Shown here in pieces: positions 23,916 through 37,283 of a stretch of 64,000 nt of DNA. The notes beneath the pieces were generated by a model. It was not told the DNA's origin. It saw only the letters and a program-made list of their open reading frames with translations, and ran no database searches. The stretch's first letter is position 1; each line of letters begins with the position of its first letter. This DNA comes from Eledone cirrhosa (lineage: Eukaryota). The position numbers were made by a program, and so were the translations under genes. Location: NCBI GenBank assembly GCA_964016885.1, contig OZ024746.1:68696001-68760000 (forward strand). Reading direction: 5' to 3'.

Positions 23916-25130
23916 TTACGAGTCTGTTCATGTATGTGTTTATGGTTACCATTGTATACTTGTGCGTCAAGTTACATATCTTTATGTAAAAAAAAAAGGG
24001 TAACCTAGCCATTTGATGAATAGAGATCAATAAAATAAGTACCAGACATATTTAAGAAGATTCGGTCAATATGAATACCTACACTATACTATTCTATACT
24101 ATATAAATATACTATACTGCATAAATATAACTAAGTCTACAAATTAGCTTACATATGTATGTAAATGTCTGGAAGGCAATATGAAAATAGTTACAATTAA
24201 TTTGTTCCATGGAAAAAAAAGAAAATATATATCATTTATCTCCAGTTCAAAAATGTATACTATGTTTAGATATGAAAGTTACATAAAAGCATCAAAGATA
24301 TTTAAGGAAGGGTGGAGGATGGTGGGGGAGGGGGGATAAATAGATTTTAAAAAACGAGAAAAAAATGTGTGTTTAGTGTCAGTTCTTCTGAATATCAATA
24401 ATCAAACATGTAATAGAAACTTCAACACAAATAATGAAGATGATATAGTAGGTTCTAATACAAACAATGTTAGTAAAAGGTCACAACCAAGTAGCATCAT
24501 ATATCACATAATTACCATGTAATCAATGAATGTCTTGAGATAACTTCAGTTGTTTTACGTTTTGTTTTTATTTAGTTTTTTGTTGTTTGTTTTTGTTATT
24601 ATTATTATTATTTTTTTTATTTTTTTTGCTTTGCTATGCTTTTATTTGATTCTATTTTTCCATTCATTAACATATCTATTGTGTTGCCTTGTGGTGTATA
24701 AATAAAATATGACACCTTCTTCAATTAATTTTTGGTTTAACATTATTTTCGGGGGATTTTGCTAATTGAAAATATTAATTAAGTAGCATGTTATGTATCT
24801 TATTTTGTTAAAAAAAAAAAATAATAAATAATATAAATATAAAATAAAAGCCTTTCAGGGTTTTCCATTTCAAAGTCATGACTAAAATATCTAACATTAT
24901 TTATACAATTTTTTTTTTAAATCAAAATAAACATAAAATTATCTACATTCAATGTTTAGACATGAACCTATACAGGTGTGTATATATATATTTATAGTAT
25001 TTAAGTATATATACTGTGATATATATATAAGTATTGAAATTTCCGTTGAAAACAGAAAAGGTCATAGATGTGAAGAGTGCTCTATGTAAGTATCAGAGCA
25101 AAATTTAATATATATATATATATATATATA

Positions 25131-25161
<31 letters not shown>

Positions 25162-25189
25162 CTGTGTGTATAAATATATATATATATAC

Positions 25190-25236
<47 letters not shown>

Positions 25237-25299
25237 CAGAGTACTCTGATTAGACAGTGTATATATATATATACAGTATATATATATATATATATACAG

Positions 25300-25810
25300 T
25301 CATCATCACCGTTTTACGTCCGTTCTTCTACGCTAGCATGGGTTAAACGGTTTGTCCTGTGGTGGGCAGTGTCCGGTCGGCTGACCTTGTCTTGCTCATA
25401 CGGGAACTGATTCTGGCTTGATTTCTACAGCTGGATGCCCTTCCTAACATCCACCTCATTTACAGTGAGTGCTGGGTGCTTTTTTTCCGTGGTGCCTACA
25501 CGTCCACTTTACAGTGTGGGCTGGGTACTTTTTTGCTGTGGCCCCTCCACGACCACTTTGCAGTGGGAGGGTGTGGGAGCATATTGTCTATATGCTTCGG
25601 TTTGTACCCAAGGGGGGTCGGGTCTTCTGTATTACTGCATGACGCCAGAGGTCACAGTCATGTGTCATCGCCTTTGAGATGTGTAATTGGGTAAGGTCGG
25701 CTTTTATCACCTCATCCCAGGTCTTCTCGGGTCTCCCCACTCCGCAGTTTCCATCGACTTCTAATGCTCTGCACCTTTTTATGCAGCTGTCATCCTTCAT
25801 ACACATCATT
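25300..25810 (-). mobile_element. RTE LINE 3' end (subfamily 1)
   Basis: ORF 25588-25809 MKDDSCIKRCRALEVDGNCGVGRPEKTWDEVIKADL is nearly identical to the C-terminus at ~38870-39074; same 3'UTR. Confidence 0.93.
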
Positions 25811-25929
25811 AAATTTATCTTATATTTTATTTCTGATTTTTTTTCACAGCTGCAAATTAAAATTTAACATTAATCCCCATTTTAATTATGCTCACTCTCA
25901 CCCATAAACAGGCACATCTTCCATTTAAC

Positions 25930-26305
25930 CCTTAACCCATTAATTACCATATTTTCAATGAAATACAACACGTTTTTTAATTGGTTTTGTAAATAATCGA
26001 CAATTTGAAGTAATTTAGGAAAATAACTAACCATAAACACCTGGTCCACTTTGTAAGGTGGCTGAATTCACACTGACCTGAATTGTTTTATAACATAACA
26101 ACCCATCTAACCCATGCAAGCATGGAAAATAAATGGTGAACGGTGATGATGGCAATGATGGTTAATAATTTGGCATTTAGTACATAGCTTACCAGAAATA
26201 TTCTTCTATGACATTATTTTTTATTTGAATAGGAATACTTTAAAACAAGAGGCTTGTCATCATAAAATTTGGAACAATTTTGGGCTGGTTGGTCTCAAAA
26301 GGGTT
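25930..26305 (-). mobile_element. piggyBac-like MITE family 2 with an RTE tail inserted
   Basis: TTAACCC start and GGTTGGTCTCAAAAGGGTT end; homologous to 41101-41538, 63130-63590 and 8225-8330. RTE tail at ~26030-26160. Confidence 0.6.
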
Positions 26306-26524
26306 CATGGTTATATAACATTTAACTTTCAAAGAGTATGGTTATAATGTAAAATAATTGTCACCATCCTAACATTTTTTATTTAAATGGGAATACTTTA
26401 AAACAAAAGGCTTGTAATCATAAAATTTGAGCAATTTGGAGCAATTTTGGGCAGGTTGGTCCAAAAACAGTTCATGTTTAATTTTCAAAGAGTATGGTTA
26501 TACTGTGAAAAAATTTGTCACCAT

Positions 26525-26950
26525 CATCATCATCTTTGTTTAACGTCCATTTTCCACGCTAGCATGACACCAACACAACTACTTTACAGTGTGGGCTAGG
26601 TGCTTTTGTCGTGTCGCCATCATGACCACATTACAGGGTGAGCTGTGTGTTTAGTGTCAACTTCTATCACTGACACAACCACCCTACAGGGTGGGCTGGG
26701 GGACTTTTGTCACCATCACGACCACATTACATGGCAGACTGGGTACTCTTTGTCATGACACCAACCCAACCGCTTTACAGGGCCAATCAGGTACCTTCAG
26801 TTGTGCCACCAACAAGACCACTTTACAGGGTGGTCTGGCTGCCTCCTGTCATGTCCCCAACATGACCACCTCACAACATGGACTGGGTGCTTATTTGTCA
26901 TGTCACCAGCATGACCACCTTGCAGGGGGGTTAGGTGCTCTTTTGTCATA
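26525..26950 (-). repeat. RTE tail fused to a ~45-bp minisatellite array (~8 diverged units)
   Basis: (CAT)n-TTTAACGTCCATTTTCCACGCTAGCATG, then repeats of CATGACCACTTTACAGGGTGGGCTGGGTGCTTTTGT. Confidence 0.85.
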
Positions 26951-27279
26951 ATATTATAGAGAGAGAGAGAGAGAAATTTAGATAATTTTAAAAGCCATAC
27001 AATGCATTAGAAAATTAAAGGTGCCAAGATAATAATAGAATCTTACCGTACCAAATTTAATAATCCAAAATATTTCTGGGTTTAAAAGTCCCTTATGAAG
27101 GGAGTATCCCTGTGAAGGGCTTAAAGGATCGATCGGAGATGAGTTGTTGTTAGGAAGGTAGATTTAACAATCATAAAACAATGAACTAATTCTCTACCTA
27201 CACTTGACTTCTGTTTTACTTGTTCAAACACATATATGTACATGTATATATATATATATATATAAATATATATATATAT

Positions 27280-27842
27280 ATCATCATCATCACCGTTTAA
27301 CGTCCATCTTCCACGCTAGCATGGGTTTAGACGGGAATTGTCCCACTTGAGACAAGATTGGTCGTCTCGCTCATATAGGACTGTCTGGCAGGTTTTCTAT
27401 GGCTGGATGCGCTTCCTAACACCAACCATGTTTACAGTGTGGACTGGGAGGTTGTTACCGTGTTACCTACACGGCCACATTACAGCGTGGACTGTGTGAT
27501 TTTTTGTCGTGACACCTACACGACCTCATTTATTTAGGACTGGATGTTGTGGTACCAACATAACTTTACAGAGAATGGGGTGGTGTTGATGGGGGTAGGG
27601 GAGTTGGGGTAGTGGGATGGGGTGCCTACTGACTGTAGGTTTCGCTTTGTACTTAGGCAAGGCGAGTCTTCTGAATTACTGCGTAGCACCAAAGATCCCA
27701 GTCCAGTGACATCGTCTTGGTGAGGTGTAAGTGTTTAAGGTCGGAATTTATCAAATCGTCCCAGGTTTTTCTGGGTCTGCCTACTCCGTAACTTCCGTCA
27801 ATTCTGATCGCCCTGCACTTTTTTATACAGCTGTCATCTTAT
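27280..27842 (-). mobile_element. RTE LINE 3' end (subfamily 2)
   Basis: Reverse complement aligns closely with ~9735-10280. Confidence 0.92.
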
Positions 27843-27845
27843 ACA

Positions 27846-27889
<44 letters not shown>

Positions 27890-28475
27890 TATATATATAT
27901 ATATATACAGTATATATATATATACAGAAGAAGGAAGAAGAAGAACCGTACTTCCAAACATTTCTATTTCAAAATAGAGATGTTTGAATATATGGTTGAT
28001 AAATAATTTTTTTTTTCATATAATTCTGAGGAATTCGGTACAGTGGAATAAAATGGTACCCCCTACGATATTTGAAAGAAACGTTTGTAAATCTGTTAAA
28101 TAATTTAATGTAATTAAATCTTATATAAATTTACACATTTTACAGAATTCTCAGTTTATTCTCTTATATGTAAACTTTGATATTATGAACAAAATTCATG
28201 AATATATATATACGTATATATATATATATATTGTTACTTTATATGAGAAAAGAAAAGACAGTATCACGTATTCAACATCAGTTTATTGCATTAAATCATA
28301 TCCATTATGTACATTTCAAAGGCATCAAAATGCCATTATGCAACAGTTATCTGATGCATTGTCATCAGACAGGTGTTTAAATATAAATAATAATAAAGAT
28401 TTTTGTTTTTATTTTTGATAGGCCTGTCATTGAAGAAATGTTGACATTTTAGTTTCAGGCAAGCACACATACATA

Positions 28476-28520
<45 letters not shown>

Positions 28521-29079
28521 TTGTTTAAGTCTAAACATATGGAGTGAAATTCAATGGAAATGATACATGAAAACCACAATCATATAAAATAGATCTCCAA
28601 AGAAAAGATTGTAACATTTGAAAGGAATACTGAATATATGTAGTTTTATAGCTTTGAGAAATGTTACTGTATTCTTTTTACCACATATAATACACACACA
28701 CTGATAATACAGAGAGACATATGCAAACAAAATATACACCATCCAACACACACAAACAAACGAACAATCAAAAAATTAAAACAGCAACATGTACACTCAC
28801 AAAATGCACCTCATCTGTGAACACATAACAGTACCAATGATAGACACAGCAACCACCTCAACACCCACCACTGCACACCAGACTACTTGCCTGCCCACAT
28901 AACCCATCCTGATAAAACCGCTTTTTGGTTTTTTTCTTCTTCAACCTTCCAATCAGTTTCTCTGAACTTTACTCTTTTCTGATAATGAACTAACATCCTA
29001 TACATTGAAACATTCCTTTTCCTTTTCCATCAAGCTTTGGTTAATCTTCTTCCTGTGTTTCTCTTTCTTTGATCTTGAA

Positions 29080-29112
<33 letters not shown>

Positions 29113-29115
29113 TAT

Positions 29116-29462
29116 CATCATTATCATCATCATCACTGTTTTACGTCAATGTTTCCATGCTAGCATGGGTTAGATAGGTTGTCCTGTTCTGAGCAATGCC
29201 AGGTCAGTGACAATGTCTTGCTCATACAGGACTGGTTTTGGCTCGGTTTCTACAGTTGGATGCCCTTCCCAACACCAACCTCATTTACAGTGAGTACTGG
29301 GTGCTTTTTTACCATGGTGCCTACACAATCACTTTACAGTGTGGACTGGGTGCTTTTTGTCGTGACACCTACACGACCACTTTACAGTGGGAGGGGCGTG
29401 GGGGTATATTGTCTATAGGCTTCAGCTTCGGCTTGTACCCGTGGGAACTCTGGTCTTCTGTA
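29116..29462 (-). mobile_element. RTE LINE 3'UTR
   Basis: (CAT)n tail, GGATGCCCTTCC block and two minisatellite units; similar to 25300-25630. Confidence 0.85.
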
Positions 29463-29670
29463 ATATATATATATTTCTATGTTGTCTATATTACCATCAT
29501 GTCTTAGTCTGGCGTATTCATATAGTACTGAATTGTCTTTTTGTCCTTTTAGTTCACTCCAAAAAAATAATTCAGTACTTTATATAAGGTGTCCCCCAAA
29601 AATGTTTACACATATTTATTAGAATGCTGTTGAAGTGTATATACATTTTGGAACACCCTGTTTATATATA

Positions 29671-29724
<54 letters not shown>

Positions 29725-31469
29725 AGAGAGAGAGAGAGGGGGGGAGAGAGAGGGGGAAGAGAGAGAGGGGGAAGAGAGAGAGGGGGAGGGGGGAGAGGGG
29801 GGGGGGGAGAAAGAGAGAGAGCTCTGACTCTAGATTTTTGAATACTCAATGACATATAAGATACCACTTTTCCACAAAAACAAATTTCACTATGCTTCAA
29901 TGGATATTCATATCTAATCTACACTACACTGGGTTCTAATAAGTCCTTCTACCTTAATTGGCTAGAATATTAATGTGTTTTTGTGGGGGGGGGGGGGGGT
30001 GAGTGTCCATCAAAAACTATTGTTATATGTTCTGGAATGTTTTTCTTGCATAAAATATCCTAAATATTGAAGTATACTATTGTATTTTTATTTTATGTCT
30101 AACATCACAACTAAACATGTAGAATGGTTAAAACATATTTTTATAGATTAGATGAAATAAATCTGAATTATTAACTAATGTTCAATACATTCTACAAATA
30201 CATATGGAATCTGTATTATTTTATTGACACAAATAGATCACTTTAAATACATTTATACCATTATATGAAAACCTACTAAAGTGAAAATGATAGTAATTTT
30301 CTAAAGTCAATACCCAACCAAATATTCATAGCATTTAACAATAGTCAGTAACTGGTGGACATTGTATTGATCAAAAATAGATTACATCACTCAGTATAAT
30401 ATGATGCCTTTGGGAGTCACTTGGAATTCTGATTCATAAAGATACAATGTACAATTGGAAAAATTATTGGTTCTCAGGTAAAAAAATAATGGTGATAAGA
30501 AATATATTGCTTTCTCACCATTAAACCAAAATTATCATCCAAGATTTTTTATTTATTTATTTTTCTTATTTTCTTTTTCAAATTTTTTGAAAATAATCAG
30601 AAAATTGAGAAGCACAAGCAATAGCTATTCTTTCATTCAACGTACTTTAGCTGTCTTTCATGACGATGAAAATTGTATTTGTGTACAAAGTGGGTCAGAA
30701 CATTTATTCAAGTAGATCTGAAATGAAATTCGTTGCACTCTGAGCCTGACAAAAGGAAATTCTTCAGAGAAGTTAAATAGATTGAGAAGTATTTGTAGAA
30801 ATAAGTAAGAAATTGACTATATTACTTATATTCTAGGTTTTCAATTCAATTTAATACAATTTATTGTCACTCTATTTACACAAAAATTCCTTTATCTAAT
30901 GCTTATATATTTGTATATGCTTCATTTATTTTTGTGCTTAAATTCTTGATATAGAATAACCAATATCATGTACTATTATTGTTCTCTTTTGTTAGCAAAG
31001 GAGGAAGTAAAATTTGGTTTAAAATCATATCTGCTGACTAGAGAAATCTCTGATGGGAAATGGAAACTTTTTTTTTTTCTTTCAACTCAAAATGATATCA
31101 GTTTATACTCAACTACCTTAGTGTAGACATACATATATTTGTTGTCATGTTTCATCCAATTCTTTTCAAAGGTGAAAATCATTTATGAAGACTTGACTTC
31201 ATCATAACTTTTTCTAATGGCTTCTTTACTACAACAAGTCTCCATTTCTATAGCAAGCAGCTTCATGTTTTAAGATTAAAGGGTGTGACTAAAGAAGATT
31301 TGACTGTTATTTCTAACAAATCAAGCATCCAGCTTCTATGGTAAACATAGAGGTTGGAGAAGTTGATTAGAACAGAGAACATTTTGGGAAATCATTTTTT
31401 AGTGGGATAAGATATAGGACTAAGTGGGCTTTTAAGTTTAGCAATGAAATTTGACAAACTTTAAGAGTT

Positions 31470-31790
31470 GTAGGCATGGCTGTGTAATTACTTTGTAATC
31501 ACGTGTGGTTTCAGGCTCATTCCTATTGGCACCTTGGACAAGTGCCAGTTACTATAGCCTTGGGTTAACAAATGCCTTATGGAACTGCAGAAACCTATCT
31601 TATATATGAGTGTGTGTGTGTGTTTTATTTGTGTTTATATCCTGTAGCTTAGCAGTTCAAGGAAAAAAAGTTTGTTAAAATAAATACCAGATTTCAAACA
31701 AATATATATTAGGATTCATATGATCAGCTAAATACCTTTAAAGCAGTGCACCAGCATGGCTGCAGTCTAATGACTAAAGGCAATAAAATT
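31470..31790 (+). mobile_element. tRNA-headed SINE family C, degenerate
   Basis: GGCATGGCTGTGT...GGCACCTTGGACAAGTG...ACTATAGCCTTGGG...(TG)n...CCAGCATGGCTGCAGTCTAATGACTAAA. Related heads at ~10575-10660 and ~55515-55700. Confidence 0.65.
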
Positions 31791-33501
31791 GATTTCTAAT
31801 ATTGGTATAAAGGTATAAATTTGGTCAGGAAGAGATTCAGCCAATTACTTTGACCCCAGTATTTCACTGGTACTTATTTTATCAATCCCAGAAAGATGAC
31901 AATCAAAGTTAACTTCAGTGGGATTCAAGAATAATGTAAAGGGATGTAATTGTGTCACTCTACTAACTTTGTCACTTAACTGATCCATCATCATCACATC
32001 ATCATCACCATCAACATCATTATTTTACATCTATTGTTTATGCTTGCATGGGTTAGATGAGTTGTCAGGTTCTGAGACTAGACTAGTCAGGTGATCATGT
32101 CGTAATTCTCACTTATACATTCGTTTCTACAGCTAGATGTTCTTCTTAAAGCTACACCTGAGCATTTTATCATGGCATCTGCACTATCACCTTACAGGGT
32201 GGATTAGGTGGGGTGGGGGGTTTTTTCATCACGAAGGAGCATGCTTGGCTTTCCATGTTGGTATGAGTTGGAAGGGGAAGGGAGGGGTGCATTTGTCTTT
32301 GTATGTTGGTATGGGTTGGACTAGGAGGGGGAAGCAGTGCCTGTCATTCCATGATGGCATGAGTTAGGTGAAAAAAGCAGAGATGAATAATGTGAACTGG
32401 AGGAGGTCTAAGAAAGTGAGGGGGTGAGATGAAAGAGGGTGTAAGGGGTGATGAAGGGATTCACCTGTTTTTCTATGCTGGCATTCGTTAGATGAGTAAG
32501 GTGGTGATGAAGGATGTAAGTGGTGAAGAACAAAGGTGGAGAGTCTTAGTAAGTGAGGGAGGTGACATAGGAGAGTATTAACATGGGGGAAGGTATGCAC
32601 AGGACTGATTCATTTCAAGGAATTCTCTAACATTTGGTTGTCAACAATTGACAAATATAAACTATCCAGAACATCTAAGATAAAATAACTGCCCAGGTAA
32701 AAGGAATTTCAAATATTAACAACTAAAAAAATATAATCTTTCCTTTGCAAGTTTCACGAAACTCATTAATTTTTCTTAAGTAAAATTTATATTTATTTTA
32801 GCAAAGAGTAAATCATACCCATAATTCTTTCCTGATGAAAATAATGGTTTCCAAAATAGAGTTCTTAGATTTATATATTTAAAAAAAGCTGTTTTATTTT
32901 GTGTTGTTCTTTTTACATTTCTTTTATCACTAACAGGATTTAAAGAAATGCACCATTTTACTTTGAAATCAAAAAAGATTCTCAGCATTGATTTTCTATA
33001 AGACATCAATGATTTATTACAAAAATGCCAACTTCAAGGACAATAAAAGAAAGAGAACAAATGACTGGCTGGCTGGGATATAGCTATGTTGAATAGTGAA
33101 ATCTGAATCACAGATGTCAATGTAGCCTGCTTGTTGAAATATGGAAATTAGGAAGAGAAATGTCAATATGTAGTGGCTGGTAAGATATTATTATTAGAAG
33201 AAAGAATGGACACATGTCACTTGGCTGAAGATGAGATATTGGCTGTAATAAGAGGGGCATGATCTCAACATTGTGACAGTGAAAATAAGAAGAGAGTTAT
33301 TGGAAAGAAAATAAGGAAGAAAAAAACATCAAAATAACTTTAGAATAGGAGCTAATATAAATGACATTTCTTGAAGTAGAATTGTTCTTTAGAATAGACA
33401 GGTTAATGTACTCCTGATAGTCCTTTATTTTATTCTTATTTATTAACTTAATACCTGTAAAAGTACTGGTGCCTTTTATTATTGTTTTAACATGGAAATA
33501 A

Positions 33502-33698
33502 TGATTTCTAATTTAGGCAAAAGGCCAACAATTTGCAGGGAGGAGGAAGTCAATTATATTGACCTCAATAAGTGACTAATACTTTATTTTATTGACCTCG
33601 GAAGGATGAAAGGCAACATTGACCTTGGTGGGATTTGAACTCAGAACATAAAGAACTGTAACTAGATGCTGCAAAGCATTCTGTTAGTCTGCTGCCTT
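33502..33698 (-). mobile_element. Family A SINE with ~19-bp TSD
   Basis: TTTTAACAT(G/A)GAAATAATG on both sides. Confidence 0.8.
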
Positions 33699-33988
33699 TT
33701 TTAACATAGAAATAATGTTATACATTTAATAAATATAAATTTTACTTTACTCCACGATATAGATTTCTTTTTCTTTTCATTTTTTTTAAATTAAATTACT
33801 CAACTAAGCCCTAAATGGAACATATGATGAGCAAGACATGGCCACCTGGCCAGTCTATTCTCAGAACATGAAAACCTGTTTAATTCATCTGTAAAATCCC
33901 ACCCACAAAATATTAGTCAACACAAGGTTATGGTAGAAGACACTTGACCAAGAGGCTACACAGTAGAATCCAACCCACAATTAATATT

Positions 33989-35914
33989 TGAGGCTACCTC
34001 TAGTTGGGTTTTATTGAAAGGATCACACAACCACTTATTTTAAACTGTTCTTATTTTAATTTAAACAGTTTCTTATATACATATAACAAAAATGTTCCAT
34101 GTAAGAATAACTGTTCATATGTAAAAATGTTTTATTGACAAATAGATAACTAGTATTGGTATATGCAAGCTTTTTAACCGAACAGCCATATCTGAACCTT
34201 GTTAATGCAGTTCTACACACTACTAAGAAGACAAGGAATTGACATGGCTAGAAAACGTTTTAATCATAAGCCTCCTAAATCAGAACTAACCTGTAGCAAA
34301 ACATCAATAGCTACAACAACAACAATATATATCACATGTCAGTTCTGTTGTATAGTGAAGATTTATTTATTACTCAGTGGTGTTTTTAAATAAGTTGTTT
34401 TACATCCTCTTTCACAAATTTACAGCCTACAAGGAAATAGAAAGTACTGAACCAAATACCCAAAAGTTAGTAACTAATATAACTATCTCCTTAGAGACTG
34501 GTGATCTTATGCTAGTCAGTAGCACCATTATAACTTTTAAAAGAAATGTCTTTAGGCAATATTTGTCAATTATTGACTCTTTTCTGAACTAACTGCTAGT
34601 GAAACATACTACCTATATCATCATGATCATCATCATTACATCCACTTTTCCATGCTAACATGGGTTGGATGGGATATTTTAAGACAATGTTTTACAGCTG
34701 GATGCCCTTCCTAATACATACTCTTTTAGTCACGTCTAACAAGCATGCAGAAGGTGACAAATTGGCAAAGTCGTTAGAATGTCAGATAAAATGCTTTGTG
34801 GTATTCGTTCCCGCTCTCTGCACTCAGAATTCAAATCCCACCGAGGTCAACTTTGCCTTCATCCTTTTGAGGTCGATAAAAAAGTACCAGTCTAGTACTG
34901 AGGTCTATTCTTCCTCTATATCTCTTTCTCATTTCCTCCCTATCACTTTCTATCTTTCTCTGGAAGAAATTTGCTGTACTCAGGCCTGGAGAGGAATGGG
35001 CTCCACCAAGCTTAAAATGCCTAAAAAACTCTGTATTTCAATATGGCGCCCCTACGACTCTATCAGGAGTTATAGGACCATACATACATGTATACAACAG
35101 CATGCAGACACACAGTGTACATAATCTAAAAGCCAGGATACTAATTTTGAAAAATAATATAAGATTTTCAAATATTTAGTAAAACAACCAAATTTGGCAA
35201 TATTAACCCATTAATTCAGTGTCCTCAAAACAGAATACTCAGAAAATTATACAATTCAATTTTAAGCTGCTCACAATCTTAAAACTATTCATGTATCATT
35301 AAATTTTCATAGATTTGAACTATTGTACACTATCCTTTTATGATTTTTTCTTCTACAACATGGGAGAAAGAAGGCTCTTCTGTCATGTCAAGGACATGAC
35401 AACTTCTCTATTGTTAGAGTTATCTAGCTATAGAAGCTATGTTAATAGAGGGCTGTATAAGCAAGATGTGGTCCCTGACCTGTCAGGCAAACTGTAACTT
35501 TGAATAAGAACTGACCAGGACAATAGCGATTGATCCATGGAAAAATGGACTTAAAATGATGAATGGTAAATGAATGTTAATCTTTTGTTAAACTAGAATG
35601 TTAATCAGTTAAACTAGAGCCTGGAATATAATTGCTTCTAACATAGGCATAAGGCTAGTAATTTGGTGGGGGAAGGGAAAAGTTGATTAAATTGACCCCG
35701 GAAGGATGAAAGGGATTTAAACTCAGAATGTAAAAGGCCATTTTATCTGATCTAATAATTCTGTCAATAAAACATTTTTACATATGAACAGTTATTCTTA
35801 CATAGAACATTTTTTCTTATATGTATATAAGAAACTATTTAAATTTAAATGAGAACAGTTTAAAATAAGAAATTGTGTGATCCTTTCAATAAAACCCAAC
35901 TAGAGGTAGCCTCA
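33989..35914. repeat. ~152-bp inverted repeat, arms 33989-34140 and 35762-35914
   Basis: Manual alignment gives about 9 differences over ~152 nt. Confidence 0.93.
34755..35085 (+). mobile_element. Meta-like SINE family A2
   Basis: Head, core and A2 tail as in 13515-13790. Confidence 0.82.
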
Positions 35915-36566
35915 GTTAGGTTGGATTCGTTTCAAAAGGGTTAAATGAAAGAATACAAATATAAGTCCCTTCTTCACTTGTCAAATAGGTAACTAGTATT
36001 GGCATATTCTATAAGATTTTTCTTTATACATAAAATTGAATATTTATATAAACTTTGATTTATCTAACTAGAATATCGATTCTTTTATTTTTCTTAAATC
36101 AGTAATATTATTTCATAAAAAATCATTTCATTTAAATAAATCAGATAAATTTGATGGAAAGGTGGACATAAAAACAATGATGATGATGAAGATGATGATT
36201 TATATAAAATATCTGTGTTTTATGCCTACATACCCAAACACACACACACATATGTACATATAGATACATATACAGACTCACTCACATATGACACACAAAC
36301 TGAAGTCTGGTAGTCTAATTTCTTTCTGTGTGGCAAAAATATTGAAGCCTCCAAGTAAAATTGGAAAGATAATCAACGTAAAATAAAAATCAACATGGAA
36401 ATATTGAAATATTGATTACATGGTAAACATCACAAGAGCAGATTCATGATGATGTATTTATATAGTGTATTTATAACTGCATATCAACATGCTAGCATCT
36501 GTATGTGTATATTTATGATATATGTGTGCATCATCAGTGAGAGGGTTTATATGCAACAAACAAATG

Positions 36567-37156
36567 TAGAGAAAGGGAGAGGAGAAAGAGTGAGAGTGAG
36601 AGAGAGAGAGGAAGAAGAGAGAGAAGGAAGAGTGAGAGAGAGAGAGAGAGAGAGAGAAGAAGGAAAAGTGAGAGAGAGAGAGAAGTAAGAAGAGTGAGAG
36701 AGAGAGAAGTAAGAAGAGTGAGAGAGAGAGAAGTAGGAAGAGTGAGAGAGAAGTAGGAAGAGTGAGAGAGAGAGAGAAGGAGGAAGAGTGAGCGAGAGAG
36801 GAGGAAGAGTGAGAGAGAGAGAGAGGAAGAGTGAGAGAGAGAGAGGGGAAGAGTGAGAGAGAGAGGGAGGAAGAGGGAGAGAGAGGAGGAGGAAGAGTGA
36901 GAGAGAGGAGGAGGAAGAGTGAGAGAGAGGAGGAGGGAGAGGGAGAGAGAGAGAGGAGGGAGAGTGAAAGAGAGAGAGAGAAGGAGGAAGAGTGAGAGAG
37001 AGAAGGAGAAGGAGGAAGAGTGAGAGAGAGAGAAGGAGAAGGAGGAAGAGTGAGAGAGAGAGAAGGAGGAAGTGTGTGAGAGAGAAGGAGGAAGTGTGTG
37101 AGAGAGAGAGAGGAGAAGGAGGAAGAGTGAGAGAGAAGGAGAAGGGAGAGGGAGGA

Positions 37157-37187
<31 letters not shown>

Positions 37188-37283
37188 GGGGGAGGAAGAG
37201 AGAGGGAGAGAGGGAGGAAGAGAGAGAGAGAGAGAGGGAGGAAGAGAGAGAGAGAGAGAGAGAGAAGGAGGAAGAGTGAGAGA
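36567..37283 (+). repeat. Long (GA)n/GGAAGAGTGAGA compound polypurine tract (~715 bp)
   Basis: Direct reading; higher-order unit GGAGGAAGAGTGAGAGAGA. Confidence 0.97.

Noticed and set aside
28422-28458. Plus-strand micro-exon with strong pyrimidine tract and GC donor
   Set aside because: Stop codons in all three frames and a non-canonical donor.
28975-29015. Additional hammerhead-like motif (CTGATAATGAAC...GAAAC)
   Set aside because: The core does not match CTGAnGA and there is no pairing stem II; too degenerate to support.
30601-30714. Plus-strand exon after a long T-rich tract (KLRSTSNSYSFIQRTLAVFHDDENCICVQ...)
   Set aside because: No strong donor, no recognisable homology, and such tracts are common here.
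34660-35124. 154-aa ORF
   Set aside because: Runs across an RTE tail and a SINE; a chance open frame through repeats.
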